A stretch of DNA of 64,000 bases from Candidatus Krumholzibacteriia bacterium (lineage in GTDB: Bacteria; Krumholzibacteriota; Krumholzibacteriia; Krumholzibacteriales; Krumholzibacteriaceae). Below the pieces are notes generated by a model. It ran no database searches. It saw only the letters and a list, made by a program, of their open reading frames with translations, and was not told the DNA's origin. The stretch covers positions 2,016,001-2,080,000 of the forward strand of contig CAWIIQ010000001.1 in NCBI GenBank assembly GCA_963836185.1, read 5' to 3'. The position numbers and the translations under genes are program-made. Below are positions 33,653-44,265 of the stretch, in pieces (the first letter of the stretch is position 1; every line of letters begins with the position of its first letter).

Positions 33653-35458
33653 ATGCTTAAACAATTGCGAGAGAATACGAAAACGATCCTGTGGATCGTC
33701 GTGGTGGCATTTGTGGTCTCGATCTTCGCCGTATGGGGTATGAACTACAGGAGCGGAGGCAGCGGGCAGCCCGGTGAAGAAAGCAATATCATCGGCTCGG
33801 TCGACGGCATCGAGCTGACCAGGCAGACTTACCAGAATAATACTCAGGAACTGTACAACAATATCAGGGCGCAGCGCGGAGATGAATACAGGCTGAGTGA
33901 CTCCGAGGGATACATGCTCAGGGAGCAGGCCTGGGAGATGGGGATCCAGAAGGCGCTCATCGCCCGCGAGATCGACAGGTTCGGTATCACCGTCACCGAT
34001 AACGAACTCGTGGCGTTCCTGCGCCGCAACCCCCACCCTTCCCTCAGGCAGATGTTCACTGACGAAGAGGGCAACTTCGACTACCAGGCTTACCTTCAGG
34101 CCCTGTCAAATCCAGACGCGGACTGGACAGAGCTCGAACGATGGGGCCGATCGATCATACCCGAGCTGAAGCTCGAGACGATGCTCTCCTCGCAGATCCA
34201 TGTTTCGGACAGGGAGATCCGCGAGAGGTTCAACAGGCAGAACACGAGGATCAACGCCCGTTACGTCAAGGTCCCCTTTGTCGAGGAGGACCCCCCGTAT
34301 GAGCCGTCCGACGCAGAGATATCGGTCCTGTTCGAGAAAAAGAAGGATGACTTCCTGACTCCCGAGAAGAGGGCGCTGAGGATGATCCGTATCGAGAAGG
34401 CCGCTACCGATCTCGATGAGCTCGATATCTTCGAGAGGATGAAAGAGCTTCGTGAAGAGCTCATGGACAACTATGAATTCTCCGAAGCCGCATTGCAGGA
34501 ATCGGACGATTACAACACTGCCCAGAAAGGCGGAGACCTCGGATTCTTCGGCCGGGGCGTAATGGACTCTCTCTTTACCGAGACGGCATTCGCCCTCGAG
34601 GTCGGAGAGATCAGTGAGCCGGTAAAAACGCAATACGGATATCATCTGATAAAGTTGGATGAGAAGACAGTCGAGGAAGGTGTGGAGAAGGTAAAGGCGA
34701 GCCATATCCTGATGCGGGTCGAGCCTGGATACGACACGATCGATTCACTGCGCACCCTGATCTCCGACCTGCGTGAGACGATCATCGAAAAGGGCCTCCC
34801 GGAAGCGGCCGCGGACTTCGGCCTCGAAGTCTCCGAGCCCGAACCTTTCGTCCAGGGCGCCTTCATCAAGGATCACGGCTATCTACCGCGTATCGTGAAC
34901 TTCGCTTTCAATAACGATATCGGCAAGGTCAGCAATACGCTGGAGACCGAGCAGTATGTCTATATAGTCGAGGTCATCGATATCATCGATGAGTCGACGA
35001 TGCCGCTCGAAGAGGCAAGGCCCGTGCTCGTGGAGCAGATCAGAACGGAGCGCAAGGAGAACGCGGCGCTGGCAACGGCTAAAGAGCTCCGCGAAAAAGC
35101 CGTCACAGGCGGAGACTTCGAGGCCGCGGCGCATTCGTTCGAGCTCGAGGTCGAAGAAACGACTCCGTTCACCGTCGAACAGACGATCCCGGGAATAGGG
35201 ATGGGAACCGGATTCGCCGTAGCGGCCTACGAGCTGCAGACCGGAAGGATCAGCCCCCCCGTCAAGGGTTACGATGAGTGGTTCGTCCTCCAGGTGACCG
35301 ACCGCCAGCCGGGCGAGCCTTCAGAGCTCGCCGCGCAGAGACAGGCGATCATGCAGCAGATCAGGCAGGAAAGCTCATCGCGCTTCCTCGCCCTCTGGTA
35401 CGACAAGCTGCGCCAGGACGCCGAAGTCGTCGATAACCGCGAGAGCACACTGAACTAG
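33653..35458 (+). CDS. SurA/PpiD-like parvulin peptidyl-prolyl isomerase
   Basis: N-terminal TM anchor, GGDLGFF, PVKTQYGYHLIK, ASHIL. Confidence 0.92.
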   Translation: MLKQLRENTKTILWIVVVAFVVSIFAVWGMNYRSGGSGQPGEESNIIGSVDGIELTRQTYQNNTQELYNNIRAQRGDEYRLSDSEGYMLREQAWEMGIQKALIAREIDRFGITVTDNELVAFLRRNPHPSLRQMFTDEEGNFDYQAYLQALSNPDADWTELERWGRSIIPELKLETMLSSQIHVSDREIRERFNRQNTRINARYVKVPFVEEDPPYEPSDAEISVLFEKKKDDFLTPEKRALRMIRIEKAATDLDELDIFERMKELREELMDNYEFSEAALQESDDYNTAQKGGDLGFFGRGVMDSLFTETAFALEVGEISEPVKTQYGYHLIKLDEKTVEEGVEKVKASHILMRVEPGYDTIDSLRTLISDLRETIIEKGLPEAAADFGLEVSEPEPFVQGAFIKDHGYLPRIVNFAFNNDIGKVSNTLETEQYVYIVEVIDIIDESTMPLEEARPVLVEQIRTERKENAALATAKELREKAVTGGDFEAAAHSFELEVEETTPFTVEQTIPGIGMGTGFAVAAYELQTGRISPPVKGYDEWFVLQVTDRQPGEPSELAAQRQAIMQQIRQESSSRFLALWYDKLRQDAEVVDNRESTLN

Positions 35459-35482
35459 ATACCGTAAGGATAATATAGAGAA

Positions 35483-35508
35483 AGCCGGCCGGTGAAAACC
35501 GGCCGGCT
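35483..35508. terminator. Intrinsic terminator between convergent genes
   Basis: Perfect stem agccggccggt-gaaa-accggccggct, followed by TTTCTCT on the minus strand. Confidence 0.8.
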
Positions 35509-35564
35509 AAAGTCCACTCATCGCTTTCCGCATCGCGTCATCCCAGACCCCCCCGAACAGCACC

Positions 35565-36326
35565 CTAGAACTTCACTCCCGCTACGAGATATGAGATCTC
35601 AGCGTCAGGATTGAGGATGAATGCCAGGGACAACGGCAGCGAGAAACTATCTGTCATCTTTATGCTACGCTGCGCGCTGACACCGACATTGATGACGGCA
35701 AATTCCCCTGCGCTGTAAACGTCGGGATTCTCCCTGTTTCCGCCTGCCGCACCGAAGAATACCGTAAGCCCGGTCTCCCCCGCGGTGAAAGGGTAGTCGA
35801 TCTGGAAGTAGGTGCTGTTACCGGCATCGTTGTAAACGCCGACATACCCCGAGATGGTCATGGGGAATGACTTCGGCCCGGTAAGGGAAAGGCCGAGTTC
35901 AAGAGTATGGGCGCCGGGGTCGGGATCGCCGTTCGCATCGACCGCGTCATGATCGTTGAAATTGAATATGTCTATGCCGAGATATGGCAGGTAGTAATCG
36001 GTAAGGACCGCTCCGATCGATGCGCTGTTCTCGAACTCATAAGAATACCCCAGCCAGAAATCGATCTCGTTAAAGCTCTCTGCCTGTGTCGAGAGGGAAT
36101 AAGCACCCCAGACACCGAGCTCGAAACCGAAGTAAGAACAGGAGAGTGCGGGCTGTATAGATGGAGAGTCCCCGAAATCCATGCCGCGCCAGACATACCT
36201 GCTGTATAGATCCACACCGGTATCAACGGTGAATTTCTCCGAAGCCGCGGCCCCGAAGCTCTGGATGGTCAGCAGCAACACTACTGGAAAAATATATTTT
36301 CTCGACATAGGTCTTCTTCTCATCAC
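35565..36326 (-). CDS. TorF/Gcw_chp-like putative porin
   Basis: DLYSRYVWRG..SIQP..EIDFWLGY motif; signal peptide; ends in F. Confidence 0.75.
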   Translation of the reverse strand: MMRRRPMSRKYIFPVVLLLTIQSFGAAASEKFTVDTGVDLYSRYVWRGMDFGDSPSIQPALSCSYFGFELGVWGAYSLSTQAESFNEIDFWLGYSYEFENSASIGAVLTDYYLPYLGIDIFNFNDHDAVDANGDPDPGAHTLELGLSLTGPKSFPMTISGYVGVYNDAGNSTYFQIDYPFTAGETGLTVFFGAAGGNRENPDVYSAGEFAVINVGVSAQRSIKMTDSFSLPLSLAFILNPDAEISYLVAGVKF

Positions 36327-36721
36327 TTCTCTTTCCTGTTTTCAGCGATCGCCTCATAGATCAGTATCGCCGTCAGCGAGCCCAGGGCGCTCGCCACAAT
36401 ATCGTACAGATCATACTGCGTGCTGGCTCCCCACATCGGCCTCAATTCCTCGACAGTCAACACCAGGAATACCATTATGGATCCTGAATAGACAAAAAGG
36501 CGGCCGCGATCCGGTTTCCTTGAAAGTACCCCGTTGACGGCAGCGAGACTTATCAGGAATGCGGCGAGAAAATTGGGAAGGCTTCCTGTGATGATCCCCA
36601 GAACAGGAGTATGCCCGTATGCGGGCCGCAAGAACTCCTTGTTGAATGTCACCAGCAGAAACAGCGCCGCGAAGAGGATAACGTTTGTCGCAAGGAGTCT
36701 TCTTCTGCTTTTCCAGTCCAT
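36323..36721 (-). CDS. Small integral membrane protein (VanZ-like)
   Basis: True start likely MDWK at 36721; SLPNF, EELRP, YDLYDIVAS. Confidence 0.6.
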   Translation of the reverse strand: MDWKSRRRLLATNVILFAALFLLVTFNKEFLRPAYGHTPVLGIITGSLPNFLAAFLISLAAVNGVLSRKPDRGRLFVYSGSIMVFLVLTVEELRPMWGASTQYDLYDIVASALGSLTAILIYEAIAENRKEK

Positions 36722-36723
36722 AA

Positions 36724-37218
36724 TCACCCCATCTGAAAACCCGGCATCCGTAGCACGAACCATATCACGGCCCCGTGGATCACCATCCCGGTAATCACGG
36801 CAAAAACTACAGCCCCCGGCGACATCAGGCGCCGCGACTTGATCACAACGATGAGACCCAGCGGAATGTACAGTATTACCCCGGTCAGCACGCCGGGGAC
36901 AAACGAACGGGTCATCACACATATGGCGGCATGCCATACACCGTTAGCCGCGAAGATCGTCGCTCCACTCACTACAGGCCACCGCCAGGCCGTCCATCTC
37001 ATCGAGGCCCATGCGGCGACGCACAGAATGACCGCGCCTACAAGGTTGCTGCCGAGAAACTCGGCAAGGGACCAGTCGACTCCTCCTCCGGCTGCCATCC
37101 ATTCCATCAGGCCATCTCCCCCGAATGCCTCTTCCACCACATGGACGATGAACGCCGCCGGCATAAGCCAGACCCATGCTCCCAACCTGTCACCGGTATT
37201 CTTATCGCTGGAGATCAT
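36724..37218 (-). CDS. HXXEE-domain membrane protein
   Basis: HVVEE motif, NGVWH, PGVLTG, multiple TM segments. Confidence 0.85.
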   Translation of the reverse strand: MISSDKNTGDRLGAWVWLMPAAFIVHVVEEAFGGDGLMEWMAAGGGVDWSLAEFLGSNLVGAVILCVAAWASMRWTAWRWPVVSGATIFAANGVWHAAICVMTRSFVPGVLTGVILYIPLGLIVVIKSRRLMSPGAVVFAVITGMVIHGAVIWFVLRMPGFQMG

Positions 37219-37679
37219 CTATCCGACCAGACAGCCAGCTCATTACCGTTCGGATCTTTGAAGTGAAAGCGCCGCCCTCCAGGGAACTCGAAAATCTCAA
37301 CGATGATCTTCCCGCCGTTTTCCCTGATCTGTGCCTCGATCCCTTCTAGATCGGTGGAATAGATCACTACCAGCGGATTGCCGGCCGGCACTTTCGCCGT
37401 CGTGGTGAACCCGCCTGTTATCCGCCCGTCGGTAAAGCTCACGTAGTCCGGTCCGTAGTCGGTGAACTCCCAGCCGAAGACCTCCGAGTAGAACCGTTTG
37501 ATCTCTGCTATATCCGTAGCCGGAAACTCGACGTAGTCGACCCGGCGGTCATGTTCTTCCTGGCTCATCAGTTCATCTCCCTTTGAGGTCTCACTGTCAC
37601 TTCCCGGACCTTCCGCGCATGCGAGAAAAGCCGACATCGTACATGCCAGCGCGCAGAGGACAAAGATCTTAGTAGCCAT
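37215..37679 (-). CDS. VOC/glyoxalase-family protein with N-terminal signal-like extension
   Basis: VDYVEFP..FYSEVFGW..FPGGRRFHFKDPNGNELAVWS. Confidence 0.9.
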   Translation of the reverse strand: MATKIFVLCALACTMSAFLACAEGPGSDSETSKGDELMSQEEHDRRVDYVEFPATDIAEIKRFYSEVFGWEFTDYGPDYVSFTDGRITGGFTTTAKVPAGNPLVVIYSTDLEGIEAQIRENGGKIIVEIFEFPGGRRFHFKDPNGNELAVWSDR

Positions 37680-37698
37680 GATAATAATCTCCTATACT

Positions 37699-38217
37699 TT
37701 AATATCGTCCCTCAAGAAGCTCGAGCCATTCACGGGAGCACCGGGGGACATACTCTTCGATGCTTCTCCGTTCCGTCCACTCCTGAATATCTTTCCGCAT
37801 AGCTGCCTCCGTACACAGAAAGGGCTCCCCGGGCCGGATGCCTACGCGCCACAGGTCAAGCCTGTCAGAGTCCCAGCAGGTCCGGACCGTGACGCTCCCC
37901 TCTGTAAGACCGCTCGTATGATGGACACAGGCATATTTCAGTTCCTCCATCTGGGCATCGGAAAGGTCCAGTTTCGCTCTGAGCTCTTCAGCCAGCCCTG
38001 CTCCGCGGCTTCCGTGGCCGGGATCTTGCCCCTCCCCTTCGCGGCGGGCGTCGTGAAAAAGAGCGAAGCATTCTATGACAGCCGGATCGGCCCCGTTATC
38101 CGCCGCGATCCTCATCCCTGTCTCGAGTACCCGCCCCCAGTGGGAGACTCCGTGTGTTCCCGTTAACGGAAGGGAATATCCCAGCAGTATCTCAAGGATC
38201 ACGTCAGGCTTGACCAA
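37699..38217 (-). CDS. HD-domain protein
   Basis: HGVSHWGRV, LFHDA, HG, CWDSDRLDL. Confidence 0.85.
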   Translation of the reverse strand: MVKPDVILEILLGYSLPLTGTHGVSHWGRVLETGMRIAADNGADPAVIECFALFHDARREGEGQDPGHGSRGAGLAEELRAKLDLSDAQMEELKYACVHHTSGLTEGSVTVRTCWDSDRLDLWRVGIRPGEPFLCTEAAMRKDIQEWTERRSIEEYVPRCSREWLELLEGRY

Positions 38218-38237
38218 TGCCGCTTGTCCCCCTTGCG

Positions 38238-38846
38238 CTAAATCTTCTTTACGACATACTCCAGCGCTTTTTTCCTTGGGCCGTCATGGCCCCTCTGCGG
38301 ATAGCCGAGCGGGATGACTGCCATAAACTCACCTCTCGCTTCTCCCAGAAAAGAGAGGACCTCATCCTTGATCAGATACAGTATGCCGAGCCACACACTC
38401 CCCAGCCCGAGCGAGGTCGCCGCGAGCAGAAGATTCTCTACCGCCGCTGCGGAACTCTGTATCTCCATCGTCCGGAAAAAATCTCCAGATTGATCGTGAT
38501 CAATATTGAACAACTCGATCCCATGGCGGATAAGCGTACCCGTGTTCATCACAGCGATAACGACCGGTGCGCTGAGAATGGTACGCGCCGCCATACGCAG
38601 GATCGCCGATGACGGCTTTGGGAAGTCGGAGGCTTTCCGGGAAACGAGTCGGGCCAGCTGCTGTCTCTTTTCATCCCGGATGACGATGAACCGCCAGGAT
38701 TGTTTGTTGTGCGCCGAAGGCGCCTGGTTGGCGGCGTCAAGGACAGCCTGGATATGTGAGTCTTCGACAGGCCTGTCCTGAAACTGGCGTATACTCCGCC
38801 TTAGATAGATCATCTTCAATGTCTCGTTCGCGGAATTGTCTTCCAT
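38238..38846 (-). CDS. Nitroreductase family protein
   Basis: RRSIRQF, APSAHNKQSWRF, ENLLLAATSLGLGSVW; likely start MEDN at 38846. Confidence 0.92.
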   Translation of the reverse strand: MEDNSANETLKMIYLRRSIRQFQDRPVEDSHIQAVLDAANQAPSAHNKQSWRFIVIRDEKRQQLARLVSRKASDFPKPSSAILRMAARTILSAPVVIAVMNTGTLIRHGIELFNIDHDQSGDFFRTMEIQSSAAAVENLLLAATSLGLGSVWLGILYLIKDEVLSFLGEARGEFMAVIPLGYPQRGHDGPRKKALEYVVKKI

Positions 38847-38868
38847 ACCCTTCTCTCCGGGGCGATAC

Positions 38869-39609
38869 CTATCCCGTTTCTTTTTCGCGTATTCTATCGA
38901 TCGTCTCCTGTACCCCCGGCGTTTTCGATGAGATCCGTGTCGACGCTCCCTTCGCAAACCGGAAATCGCAGAGGGAACAGCCGTCTGCAAGCGTCTGCGT
39001 GCGGATAAGGCCCCAGCCCATTGCTTCACTCAAAGCGATGTCCGACATGCAGACGTACGGGGCGAACTCCTCTCCCCCGTGTTCCCTGACAAAGTCGTAG
39101 TTGCCGCACCCGATGTAATTGACGCCGTAGTCGAACCCGTCTCCATCGCCTACGAGATACTCGATCTCAAAGTCACCGAACCGGGCCCCCTGCGGCTGCC
39201 GTGCCCGCTTCGCCACGATCATCTTGACTAACCGGGAAAACATGAACCACCCCATAAGCGAGCGCTTCCACTTCGGGATTTCCGTCAGCCTCAGGCGCAG
39301 GGCCTCGTGGCACAGTTCCCACGCCTCCCCGGGCGGCCTGCCATATTTCTTCATCGCTTTGTAGGCTGCAAGCTCCTGGGCGGAAATAAGAAGAAAACTG
39401 TTGAGCATCCCCGCTCGCGGTCCCTTTATGAAAGGGATCTCAGGGATAAGTTTCTCATATTCCATCCGGGCATCACTCCGCAGCGTGCCGGCTGAATCTT
39501 CGCCATACCTGTCAATAAGTGAGGATTTTATCAGCTCGCAGGTCCTGTCGAAATCCTTAAGGAGTTTTTTTCTTCGCGCGTCATAGTAACCGACTATCTG
39601 ATCCGGCAT
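38869..39609 (-). CDS. L-2-amino-thiazoline-4-carboxylic acid hydrolase-like protein
   Basis: C...CMSD...GLIRTQTLADGCSLCDFRF. Confidence 0.8.
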   Translation of the reverse strand: MPDQIVGYYDARRKKLLKDFDRTCELIKSSLIDRYGEDSAGTLRSDARMEYEKLIPEIPFIKGPRAGMLNSFLLISAQELAAYKAMKKYGRPPGEAWELCHEALRLRLTEIPKWKRSLMGWFMFSRLVKMIVAKRARQPQGARFGDFEIEYLVGDGDGFDYGVNYIGCGNYDFVREHGGEEFAPYVCMSDIALSEAMGWGLIRTQTLADGCSLCDFRFAKGASTRISSKTPGVQETIDRIREKETG

Positions 39610-39650
39610 ACCATCTACCTCTAATCACTCAGGTCTCAAATGAAACGGAC

Positions 39651-40142
39651 CTACTTGAAACGATCATCCGATTCACGTTCCGATACGGTCTTCCTTGCCT
39701 GTTCAAGCCATCCCGTGCGGATGACCTTAGGGCTGTCAAACTCCGGCACGTACGGTTTGATGTCAAGCAGCGGGGTCCCGTCAAGGATATCAACGTTCTG
39801 GATGTACAGCACGCCGTTTTCGACCCTGTCCAGCTGAACAACGGAAAGACCAATCTGGTTCGGACGCTTCGGAGCCCGGGTGGCAAAGAGTCCCCGCAGC
39901 TCCGAATCCATGAAAGGAACGACATGTAGGTTAAAGCCGCTGCTGCGGTCAAAATAAAAGAGAAGGATGATGTGTGAGAAGCCATCGAGATCTTTCAGCC
40001 CCGCCCGATACTCCTCGAATACCTCGACCGTGCCGTGAATATCTGCCGCGCCGGCTGGTTGCACAGGCATCCCCTCCGGCACGTTGAAAGGTGTGTGTAT
40101 GATCCCGATAGGCTTTACTTCAATCCTCATCGACTCCAGCAT
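39651..40142 (-). CDS. tsaA: tRNA m6t6A37 methyltransferase TsaA/TrmO family
   Basis: PIGIIHTPF, GLFATRAPKRPN, DGTPLLDIKPY. Confidence 0.9.
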   Translation of the reverse strand: MLESMRIEVKPIGIIHTPFNVPEGMPVQPAGAADIHGTVEVFEEYRAGLKDLDGFSHIILLFYFDRSSGFNLHVVPFMDSELRGLFATRAPKRPNQIGLSVVQLDRVENGVLYIQNVDILDGTPLLDIKPYVPEFDSPKVIRTGWLEQARKTVSERESDDRFK

Positions 40143-41560
40143 ACTGTCCTTTCCATACGATTCCGTCCTTTATAACGGTCTTTCCTCCCAGGAGCGCTTC
40201 AGGGCTTTTGAGCGGACTCTCATCGAAGATAACGAAGTGAGCTCTCTTACCCGGTTCGATCGATCCGAACCTGCTCGAGATCTCCATCACCTTCGCGCTT
40301 CCGTACGTGGCGATCTGAAGAACGGATGCCATTGAAAGGCCCGCGTCATGCAGCAGAAGCATCTCGGAAAGAACGGCCATTCCCGGATCCACCGTGTCCG
40401 ACCCGATGGCCAGCTGGACACCTTCCCTGTGCATGAGCGCCACGTACGAAGCCATCACGGCGTAGCCGCGTCTCGCGCGCTCCAGGTCCTCGCCGGCCCA
40501 GGCCGACGTATCGTCGAAATCGCCGATCGGGGGCGAATCGATCACTGTCAACCCCAGAGGCTTCGCGATGGCATGAAGGGTCGGTGTCACAGTAGCGCGG
40601 CTTTTCGACAGCCTCCTGATAAGCGCTGTCATGATCTCGTTCTCTTCGCCGATCTCGTTGAACTGCTCGGCAGTCGCCATGAAGAAGGCGCCGCGAGTGT
40701 CGCCCTCCAGGATCTCATGGATAGAGCGCAGGATGATAGCCTGAGCGGCCTCTCCCCCGAGAACTTCGGGAGCGAGAGTGAAGGCGTGCTCAAAATGTCT
40801 CAACCCGAGATCCAGCGCAGCTCCGATCGTGAAGATACCGCGGTCGATGTGCGCGAAAGGGACCATGTCGAGCTCGAGCGCCTCTCCCAGCGCGGCCCGG
40901 AACTCGGGCTCCCGGAGCCGCCAGTAGAGCTTAATATACCTGAATCCGGCGTCGTGGTACTGCCGGACCCGCTGCGCAGCCTCCAGCGTGTCTCGCACGA
41001 CCGCGTGGCCCTGATACGGTGTGCGCCCCTCCTCGTGTGAGACAAGAGCTCCACCGCATGGAAAGAAGTCCGGAGCGGAGGGGTCAGGTTCCATCCAGGC
41101 CTTCATCAGCGGCAGATAGCTCTCGCTCGACCCGGCATCCCGCACGACCGTCACGCCGAAAGGCAGATAAGCCTCCGAGAATACGCGGCGGTATCCGTGC
41201 TATGGAGTCGGGCGCCATGTTCAGGTCCGCGATTCCGCCGCCGCCGGCGTTGAACGATGTGGCCAGAACATCGATGAGGTGACCGTGGGTATCTATAAGT
41301 CCAGGTGTGAGCAGCCGCCCTCCGGCATCGATCACACGGCGGGCCCGCGAGCCCTCAAGCGACTCCGATCTCTGCACGTCCCTGATGACCCCGTCGACGA
41401 CGGAGACCGCCACCCCTTCCATCACGACGCCTCTGCGGGCATCAAAAAGCGTTGCGTTGGTTATAAGCAGATCGACATCGGCCGATGCCGCGTCGCAGGC
41501 GGCAAAAAGCAGGATTGCGATCACCACTGATACTGACCTTCGCACCATACTTCTCTTCAT
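40120..41560 (-). CDS. Exported amidohydrolase-family protein, frameshifted near 41190
   Basis: MKRSM signal at 41560, PGLIDTHGH, then second frame VRDAG..AIGSD..GSIEPGKRA. Confidence 0.8.
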
Positions 41561-41570
41561 CGCGATTTTA

Positions 41571-41605
41571 TCAAGGTCGGCTCTGGTGCAGCGTCTCGTC
41601 AGACC
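41571..41605 (-). repeat. Truncated attC (R''/L'' half only)
   Basis: Minus strand GGTCTGAC-GAGACG-CTGCACC contains the restored stop codon of the upstream gene; no complementary arm follows. Confidence 0.5.
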
Positions 41606-42307
41606 TTCTGCATATGCACGCAGGTGAGCTGATGTTTTTCTTCCGCGGTGACTTTCTTCGGGGGTATGATCTGGTTCGCCCACCGTCCAATGCTCCCCTT
41701 CCCAGAACTGCCAGTACTCCTGCTCTATAACTGCGCCCCCATTATCCCTGACCCATTTATCCAGCTCACTTCGCGAGAATGATTGCGTGATATACGGTGA
41801 ATCCTGGCCGTAGCTTGAACCGGGCAGTTCATATACGTTTCTCACATAGCTTCTTTCGCTGTACGGACATGTCAATATGATATGACCACCGGGATTCAAC
41901 AGGGAAAACATGTTCCGGACAGCGCTGTCCGGGTTTTGGATATGTTCAAGCACGCTTACACACGTGATCAGGTCAAACGTGTCCGACAGATGAGTCTTGA
42001 CGATGTCGTCGTCGATGATGTGATAGTGCCGATTAAACATTCCAGAGGGCCAGTAGTCGCTGACATTATCCGCTGCCGTAACAAGGCATCCGCAATTGCG
42101 CATCAGGTGCGGAAGTGCGGTCAGGCCGGTACCCACATCCAGGACCGTACGCGGATAGATCTCCCCAAGTTTCCTGAAGACGAAACTGAACTCGACCGGC
42201 CTCTCGTTGAATCGCGTGAAAGTCTGGGTCCTGAATTCTTTTTTGCATTTCCACCGCGGATACGTATTGAGCAGGTATTTAACAGCGTTTTCTGCTGACT
42301 TCAGCAT
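41599..42307 (-). CDS. Class I SAM-dependent methyltransferase, frameshifted near 41675
   Basis: VLDVGTG, FDLITCVSVLEH, LNPGG; restored end QIIPPKK...HMQKV-TGA. Confidence 0.8.
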
Positions 42308-42343
42308 CTGGACTCTCCTTATGTGGCCGCATTAGTTCATTCC

Positions 42344-42715
42344 CTATCGATATGTATACCCGAACGGAGTCAGAGAAAGCACAGCCAGTTTGATGTGCTG
42401 CTTCGCGAATGGTATCCCAATTATAGTTATCGCGCACAGGACCCCGAAGATCACGTGTGTAGCCGCGATGTATATCCCCCCACACAGTATCCAGAGGATG
42501 TTCATTATGATAGACAGAGCACCCGGAGAAGGCTTGTTGAGAGATATCTCTTTGCCAAAGGGGAGAAGTGAGAGAAACGCCAGTTTCATCACCTGTATAC
42601 CGAAGGGTATCCCGATGATCGTAAGGCAGAGCACCAGGCCGCCGATGAGATACTCGAGGAACAGGAAGATCCCTCCTCCAAGCAAGATCCACAGTATGTT
42701 TCCGATCAGGCTCAT
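42344..42715 (-). CDS. YccF-domain inner membrane protein
   Basis: Duplicated NILWIL.GG...TIIGIPF...PFG units. Confidence 0.9.
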   Translation of the reverse strand: MSLIGNILWILLGGGIFLFLEYLIGGLVLCLTIIGIPFGIQVMKLAFLSLLPFGKEISLNKPSPGALSIIMNILWILCGGIYIAATHVIFGVLCAITIIGIPFAKQHIKLAVLSLTPFGYTYR

Positions 42716-42742
42716 GATCCCTTCCTCCTCTAAACAGTGAAC

Positions 42743-43156
42743 TTAATACAGCTTCCTGATCCTTGCCGAACAGATCGGAGCAAGAGATGTTGTAATCAGC
42801 ACAAGCGCCCAGACTCTCCCACTGATCAGATCGTAATCCGAGAACAGCCTCTCCCACGAATGCCCGAACAGGTAGTGTCCCGCAAGGAACTCGAATGAGA
42901 CTGTCATCAGCAACCATAATATCCCGATTAGTATCGCTTTGCCATTACTATCAGGCGCTATCCACCTGATCAGCAGCCACGCCACAAGAAAAATGAGAGC
43001 GCACAGGGTTACAGTGCTGATTACATGGCCGGCGTATTCACCACTGACAGGAGCAATGAACGTGTTTCTGAGTATCCCGTTCAGAGTCGCTACGACCGAC
43101 AGAATCAGCCAGACGATTATTGCTCGAAAATACAATTCAAAGTCCTCTTCAGACAA
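42743..43156 (-). CDS. Four-TM hypothetical membrane protein
   Basis: NGILR, FEFLAGHY, DYD motifs; true start probably a few codons downstream. Confidence 0.7.
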   Translation of the reverse strand: MSEEDFELYFRAIIVWLILSVVATLNGILRNTFIAPVSGEYAGHVISTVTLCALIFLVAWLLIRWIAPDSNGKAILIGILWLLMTVSFEFLAGHYLFGHSWERLFSDYDLISGRVWALVLITTSLAPICSARIRKLY

Positions 43157-43265
43157 GGCACGTCGTCTATCAGGTAACTATGCTCGATGAGGGGCAGGCT
43201 GACATATGAACAGATCACAAGCAGACAACATAGTGCCGTTGTGATAAGCAGACGCACAGTTGTCC
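43151..43265 (-). repeat. Degenerate attC of a different family
   Basis: agacaag..cgtc..tatca / tgata..gacg..gttgtcc imperfect inverted repeat with inner aactatg/catagt, just after a stop codon. Confidence 0.55.
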
Positions 43266-43272
43266 TCTCTTT

Positions 43273-43661
43273 CTAGTCATCATCAAGTCCAAGCCACTTC
43301 CTGGCTTCTTCGATATTTCTGAAGACTTCGACTGTCAATGGTGAGTCCCGCAGTTCTGCGATCGTCTGATACATCCTCGCGAATCCGTACAGCAGGTCCG
43401 TACCAGCCACTATCGCCGATCTCATCCCGGCCAGTTTCTCGCTATTGGCAGTGTCTATCTGGATATTGCGCTCAAGAGAACTTGACGAGCCCTGGACCTC
43501 CTCGATGCCGGACAGATCGACCAGTTCCCGCACTCCCGGCTTGATCCGGGAATCAGCCGCGACAGCCTCCCCCTGATCCCTCAGGTCCTTGTCGGTCACT
43601 ACACCGAAGAGGCGCGTATACATGACGTTCTTCTCTTCTCATACGTATACTCTACAGACAT
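43273..43661 (-). CDS. STAS/SEC14-like small protein; N-terminal frameshift
   Basis: Restored start MSVEYTY.EEKNV after an AGGTGA RBS; AIVA..DLLYGFARMY..VFRN.EEA..WLG. Confidence 0.7.
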
Positions 43662-43878
43662 CTCTCACCTCTAAGATAGATGTTTTCATTCTGTTATATC
43701 TCCAATCAAATTCTCGACCAGGTGCTCAAAGGTGGTCGGATCGACACCGATTCCACCCCGAAACGGGTCACTCAGTGCCAGAATACTGTAAGTCATCTCA
43801 ATCGCATGACCAAACACAAAAATGATTATACCTTTCTCTGTCATATTGTAGTGAATCTCCCCGAACAGCTCATCAACA

Positions 43879-44265
43879 CTAGTACATGGGGTTTTCATTC
43901 ACTCTTGTCTTTGGAATCTGCTGCATCGAGTCCCAATGCTCGACGATTTTGCCGTGTTCATCAAACCGGAAGAAATCCATCGTCACATACTCATCGCCTC
44001 CGGGCCATACCTGGTGAGTGTGAAGCGCAACCAGATCGCCTTCTGCAACCGATCGCACAAATTCAATCGACTTTTCAGGATACTCTGATGCCATTCTCTC
44101 GAAGTATTCGATGAACGGCTCTGGCCCGTTGCCGACCAGCGGATTGTGCTGGATGTATTCTGCGCCCACGTACTTCTCGACAGCTTCTCGAGGAGACCCT
44201 TCATAGGCGGTCTTATAGAACGCGATGGCATTTCTCTTGTTTGCTTCAATATCCTGAGTCACCAT
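43879..44265 (-). CDS. SnoaL/NTF2-like protein
   Basis: YIQHNP, AEGDLVALH, MDFFRFDEHGKIVEHWD. Confidence 0.9.
   Translation of the reverse strand: MVTQDIEANKRNAIAFYKTAYEGSPREAVEKYVGAEYIQHNPLVGNGPEPFIEYFERMASEYPEKSIEFVRSVAEGDLVALHTHQVWPGGDEYVTMDFFRFDEHGKIVEHWDSMQQIPKTRVNENPMY

Noticed and set aside
41084-42307. Novel methyltransferase-amidohydrolase fusion (407 aa ORF)
   Set aside because: Artefact of a frameshift near 41675; the restored frame stops at 41599 inside an attC half-site, and the amidohydrolase has its own signal peptide
43686-43898. 70-aa minus-strand ORF between the SnoaL and STAS-like genes
   Set aside because: No recognisable motif or attC structure; may be a remnant but cannot be supported
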